From a virus (taxonomy: Duplodnaviria > Heunggongvirae > Uroviricota > Caudoviricetes): DNA of 10,681 nucleotides. This document shows, piece by piece, positions 7,342-10,681 of this stretch (position 1 is the stretch's first letter; the number at the start of each line of letters is the position of its first letter). The position numbers and the translations under genes are program-made. The stretch is taken from positions 1 through 10,681 of IMG/VR virus record IMGVR_UViG_2713896775_000011. One strand, given 5' to 3'. The notes beneath the pieces are model-generated. The model ran no database searches. It had not been told where the DNA came from and saw only the letters and a list, made by a program, of their open reading frames with translations.

Positions 7342-7408
7342 ATGACGGGGCGTTGTTCATGCGCGCGCGCGTGGCGACGATGTACCCCATCATGATGAAG
7401 GGGTTGAT

Positions 7409-8527
7409 ATGGACACGACAGAAAACCGATATTCGCCGCGCCCGGCGTTCAGTATTGAAATTGAAGGTAATCAGCTTACGGCGCTGGATAACCGGCTGAT
7501 CTCCCTTTCCCTGACAGATAACCGGGGCTTTGAAGCGGACACGCTGGATCTGACTCTGGATGATGTAGACGGGCAGGTAGCATTACCATCACGCGGCGCA
7601 AAGATATCGGTGGCGCTGGGCTGGGATAATGATCCATTGGTTTTTAAGGGCGTCTATACGGTTGACGAGATCGGACACGCCGGCCCGCCTGACCAGCTAA
7701 CGATCAGTGCCAGAAGTGCAGATTTCCGCGATACCTTCAACGTGAAGAGGGAATATAGCTGGCACGATATTACCGTGGGGGATGTGGTCGCCAGCATTGC
7801 CAGCCGCTACGATCTGCGTGCGGGTGTCAGCGAAGAACTGGCGAAGATTGAGATAGACCACGCCGATCAGACGAGTGAATCAGATATCAGCTTCTTAACG
7901 CGCATGGCCGAAATGCTGGGCGCGGTGGCAACCATTAAAAACGGTATGCTTCTGTTTATCACGCCGGGCAAGGGAGTGACGCAAAGCGGCAAGCCGTTGC
8001 CGGTGATCGAGATCGTCAGGTCAAGCGGTGATAAACATCGGTTTAACGTAGCTGACCGCGACGCGTACACGGGCGTAACTGCATACTGGCTTGATCTCAA
8101 CTTTGGCAAAAAACCATCCACTACCGTGAAGAAAACCACCCGCAGACGACGAACCAGCCAGGCCAAAAAGAAAGAGCCCGCATCAAGCAAAAAAGAGGGT
8201 GATTATCTGGCCGGGGCCGAAGGTAACGTTTTTGTTATCCGTAAAACCTTCAAGACGGAAAAGGCGGCGAAGCGGGCCGCTGCGGCTAAGTGGCGGGAGT
8301 TGCAGCGTGGAGCGGCGACGTTCAGCATCACCCTGGCGCGTGGCCGCGCGGATTTGTACCCGGAACAGCCTGCCAGCGTCTACGGCTTTAAGTCCACGAT
8401 CGACAGTGGGAACTGGACGATAACGCGGTGCGTTCACGATATTGGCGGGGGAGGGTTTACCACATCGCTGGAACTGGAAGTAAAAATCGACGACTGGACA
8501 GCGGAGAGTGACGATTCAACGTCTTAA
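7409..8527 (+). CDS. D: Phage tail/late protein gpD (P2 D-like), 372 aa
   Basis: MDTTENRYSPRPAFSIEIEGNQLTALDNRLISLSLTDNRGFEADTLDLTLDD... is characteristic of the P2 gpD family. AAGGGG SD 5 nt upstream of the ATG. Confidence 0.9.
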   Translation: MDTTENRYSPRPAFSIEIEGNQLTALDNRLISLSLTDNRGFEADTLDLTLDDVDGQVALPSRGAKISVALGWDNDPLVFKGVYTVDEIGHAGPPDQLTISARSADFRDTFNVKREYSWHDITVGDVVASIASRYDLRAGVSEELAKIEIDHADQTSESDISFLTRMAEMLGAVATIKNGMLLFITPGKGVTQSGKPLPVIEIVRSSGDKHRFNVADRDAYTGVTAYWLDLNFGKKPSTTVKKTTRRRRTSQAKKKEPASSKKEGDYLAGAEGNVFVIRKTFKTEKAAKRAAAAKWRELQRGAATFSITLARGRADLYPEQPASVYGFKSTIDSGNWTITRCVHDIGGGGFTTSLELEVKIDDWTAESDDSTS

Positions 8528-8575
8528 GCGTTATACTTGCGTTGATATTAACCAGTCCTGAAAGGAGGCCCGCGT

Positions 8576-8818
8576 ATGGCAATGCGCTGTCCTCGCTGCC
8601 GTGCAATAGCAAAAACCAGAACCAGCGTTGAGCTGAGTTTGCTTGTACGGCGCAGCTATCACCAGTGTCAAAATATGTTGTGCGGGTACTGTTTCACCAG
8701 CATGACGGAAATAGACGGTTCACTAAATCAGACCCAGCCAGCGCCCGGCGCGATGGTGCCACAAGAAGCTTTTCCACGAAGTCACCACGGCGAAGATCAG
8801 TTATCGCTGGCATTATAA
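8576..8818 (+). CDS. ogr: Ogr/Delta-family zinc-finger late-gene transcriptional activator, 80 aa
   Basis: MAMRCPRCRAIAKTRTSVELSLLVRRSYHQCQNMLCGYCF has the Cys-x2-Cys...Cys-x4-Cys Ogr signature and resembles P2 Ogr (MFHCPLC...RYHQCQN.NC). Strong AAAGGAGG SD 7 nt upstream. Confidence 0.85.
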   Translation: MAMRCPRCRAIAKTRTSVELSLLVRRSYHQCQNMLCGYCFTSMTEIDGSLNQTQPAPGAMVPQEAFPRSHHGEDQLSLAL

Positions 8819-8820
8819 AA

Positions 8821-8850
8821 GCGGCCCCTAAATGGGGCCGTTATTTATTT
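8821..8850. terminator. Bidirectional rho-independent terminator shared by ogr (+) and the convergent membrane-protein gene (-)
   Basis: gcggcccc-taaa-tggggccg hairpin followed by TTATTTATTT on the + strand and by CTTTTA on the minus strand. The minus gene's stop codon (8845-8847) lies inside the T-tract. Confidence 0.6.
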
Positions 8851-9492
8851 CATGTTTATGGCTACAAACCTTGATCGTGTAAGGTTTTCACTTAAATATT
8901 GATCGCCACTATCCCCGGCCTTTTTGCCCCAGATATCACACGAAGATTCACCGCCCTGAAAAACGTAGCCTTTGGTTAAAATGTCGTTAGTCACATAAAT
9001 ATGATCGAATAAACCAGCCTTCCAAGCCCTGTTAGATTCCCCGTGATTGAAATAGCTGATGCATACGGACTGAACGGCACTTTTCGCCTGTAGTTCTTCT
9101 ATGCTGTCAAAATTGAATGCAACTACTAAGGCTTTGTTGTAAATGACTGGTTTAACTGTGAGATTCAGATCTCCGAGCGCCTTGGATAAGGCAAGGGGAA
9201 GTTGATTAGTCGCTTCTGAAAAGTCGATAGTGGTTGTTAATTGTTCTTTGGGTTTAGCCGCGGGTTGTGTTTGTTCTGTGTTTGTCACTGCTGGCTGGGG
9301 TTTATTTTCAGCAACAGCTTTCGGCGCGACTGGTGCAACCATTGAACCTATGATTGCTGCCAAGAGGCACACCCCGAAGTAGATAGCAGATGAGCGCTTT
9401 CGATTTGGCATAAAAACCCATTTGGGATTGATTAGCCCAACCCAAAAAGCGATCCCAGCAACAGCGGCGATAACGGTGATGATTGTTTCCAT
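8845..9492 (-). CDS. Hypothetical membrane-anchored protein, 215 aa (two predicted N-terminal TM helices, Pro/Gln-rich linker, globular C-terminal domain)
   Basis: ATG at 9490-9492 with a GGAGGG SD 7 nt upstream. Hydrophobic segments IITVIAAVAGIAFWVGLI and AIYFGVCLLAAIIGSMVAPVA. The DNA looks clearly AT-richer than the flanking tail genes and fieF (by eye). No family recognised. Confidence 0.6.
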   Translation of the reverse strand: METIITVIAAVAGIAFWVGLINPKWVFMPNRKRSSAIYFGVCLLAAIIGSMVAPVAPKAVAENKPQPAVTNTEQTQPAAKPKEQLTTTIDFSEATNQLPLALSKALGDLNLTVKPVIYNKALVVAFNFDSIEELQAKSAVQSVCISYFNHGESNRAWKAGLFDHIYVTNDILTKGYVFQGGESSCDIWGKKAGDSGDQYLSENLTRSRFVAINMK

Positions 9493-9670
9493 TGAGTACC
9501 CTCCGTATTAAGGCGGGTATTATTGTCGATGGTGCTCAAAAACGGAACAGCCAAGCGCGGTGCGCCTGGCTGCTTCTTTGTCGAAGTGTAGTCAAAATGT
9601 AGACGAAGTTTAGAATAAATCCTTTTATTCCATTATGTTACTGGCTGGATTTCTTCACCATCCCTGTCTT

Positions 9671-9698
9671 CCCCCACATGATGTGGGGGTTTTTTTTA
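9671..9698 (+). terminator. Rho-independent terminator (cccccacat-g-atgtggggg followed by T9) with no + strand gene upstream in the window
   Basis: Perfect 9-bp inverted repeat followed by nine T residues on the + strand, about 80 bp upstream of fieF. Confidence 0.5.
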
Positions 9699-9778
9699 TC
9701 CTCAATTTGCCTGCTGCTTAATGCATTGCAGATGATTTGCTTCCGTTATACTAGCGTCAGTTGATAGCGGGAGTATTT

Positions 9779-10681
9779 ATGAATCAATCTTATGGACGGC
9801 TGGTCAGTCGGGCGGCGATTGCTGCGACGGCGATGGCTTCGTTGCTATTGCTGATTAAAATTTTTGCATGGTGGTATACCGGGTCGGTGAGTATTCTCGC
9901 CGCGCTGGTGGATTCGCTGGTGGATATCGGCGCGTCGTTGACGAATTTACTGGTGGTGCGATATTCCCTGCAACCTGCCGACGATAATCACTCGTTTGGT
10001 CACGGTAAAGCAGAGTCCCTCGCGGCGCTGGCGCAAAGTATGTTTATCTCCGGTTCGGCACTATTCCTGTTTTTGACGGGTATTCAACATCTGATATCTC
10101 CAACACCGATGACAGATCCAGGCGTCGGGGTTATCGTGACAATTGTGGCGCTAATTTGTACGATTATCCTTGTCTCGTTTCAGCGTTGGGTGGTGCGGCG
10201 GACGCAAAGCCAGGCGGTGCGGGCTGATATGCTACATTACCAGTCTGATGTTATGATGAACGGCGCAATTCTGCTGGCGCTGGGGTTGTCCTGGTACGGC
10301 TGGCATCGCGCCGATGCTCTGTTTGCATTGGGAATCGGCATCTATATTTTATATAGCGCGTTACGCATGGGATATGAGGCGGTACAGTCATTACTGGATC
10401 GCGCATTGCCTGATGAGGAACGGCAAGAAATTATTGATATCGTGACTTCCTGGCCGGGTGTTAGCGGCGCTCACGATCTTCGCACGCGGCAGTCAGGGCC
10501 GACCCGCTTTATTCAGATTCATTTGGAAATGGAAGACTCTCTGCCTTTGGTTCAGGCACATATGGTGGCGGATCAGGTAGAGCAGGCTATTTTACGGCGT
10601 TTTCCGGGATCGGATGTAATTATCCATCAGGACCCCTGTTCCGTCGTACCCAGGGAGGGTAAACGGTCTATGCTTTCATAA
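9779..10681 (+). CDS. fieF: Cation-diffusion-facilitator ferrous-iron/zinc efflux transporter FieF (YiiP), 300 aa
   Basis: [56 protein letters not shown]... matches E. coli FieF as recalled, including the CDF signature and the HxxxD metal site. True start is ATG 9779 (GGGAG SD 5 nt upstream); the ORF track start at 9761 is a TTG. Confidence 0.95.

Larger units (their letters stand above)
1..8850. mobile_element. Right arm of a P2-like (Peduovirus-type) prophage: tail fibre, accessory locus, tail genes, D, ogr
   Basis: Contiguous P2 homologues H(frag)-G-U-T-E/E'-FII-FI-D-ogr followed by host fieF. The left boundary is outside the window. The right boundary (attR) is not identified and may lie anywhere between about 8850 and 9700. 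Confidence 0.7.

Noticed and set aside
7867-8437. Minus ORFs 7867-8190 and 8183-8437 and plus ORF 8199-8423
   Set aside because: Within or antisense to D, which has clear gpD-family similarity over its full length.
8665-8874. + strand 69-aa ORF overlapping the 3' half of ogr
   Set aside because: Alternative frame of ogr running through the terminator; the Ogr zinc-finger frame with a strong SD is the supported one.
9761-9778. ORF-track start of fieF at 9761
   Set aside because: It is a TTG; the ATG at 9779 has the SD and gives the canonical MNQSYGRL N-terminus.
1-10681. CRISPR arrays, rRNA and tRNA genes
   Set aside because: No regularly spaced direct repeats, no rRNA-like sequence, and no tRNA-like T-arm motif seen, including at the putative att region 9493-9700.

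Overview
The window reads as the right arm of a P2-like prophage in an Escherichia-type chromosome, ending next to the host gene fieF. All calls are from reading the sequence and from remembered family sequences; no search was run. Left to right: the 3' end of a glycine-rich tail fibre gene, translationally coupled to a tail fibre assembly gene (+); a decayed accessory region (640-1543) holding three gene remnants; then the P2 tail genes U, T, E/E', FII and FI on the minus strand, followed by D and ogr on the plus strand. Canonical P2 has H-G-FI-FII-E-T-U-D-ogr all on one strand, so the FI-to-U block is inverted here relative to its neighbours. The three remnants are a frameshifted tail fibre assembly fragment, a 5'-truncated ClpP-fold protease fragment, and the C-terminal third of a Pin/Gin/Hin-type invertase; the last two meet head to head at 1303/1304. 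Past ogr lies an AT-richer gene for a 215-aa two-helix membrane protein with a strong RBS, then an orphan terminator and fieF. The best candidates for something undescribed are that membrane-protein moron at the prophage end and the decayed tail-fibre accessory locus; neither is proven to be a system.
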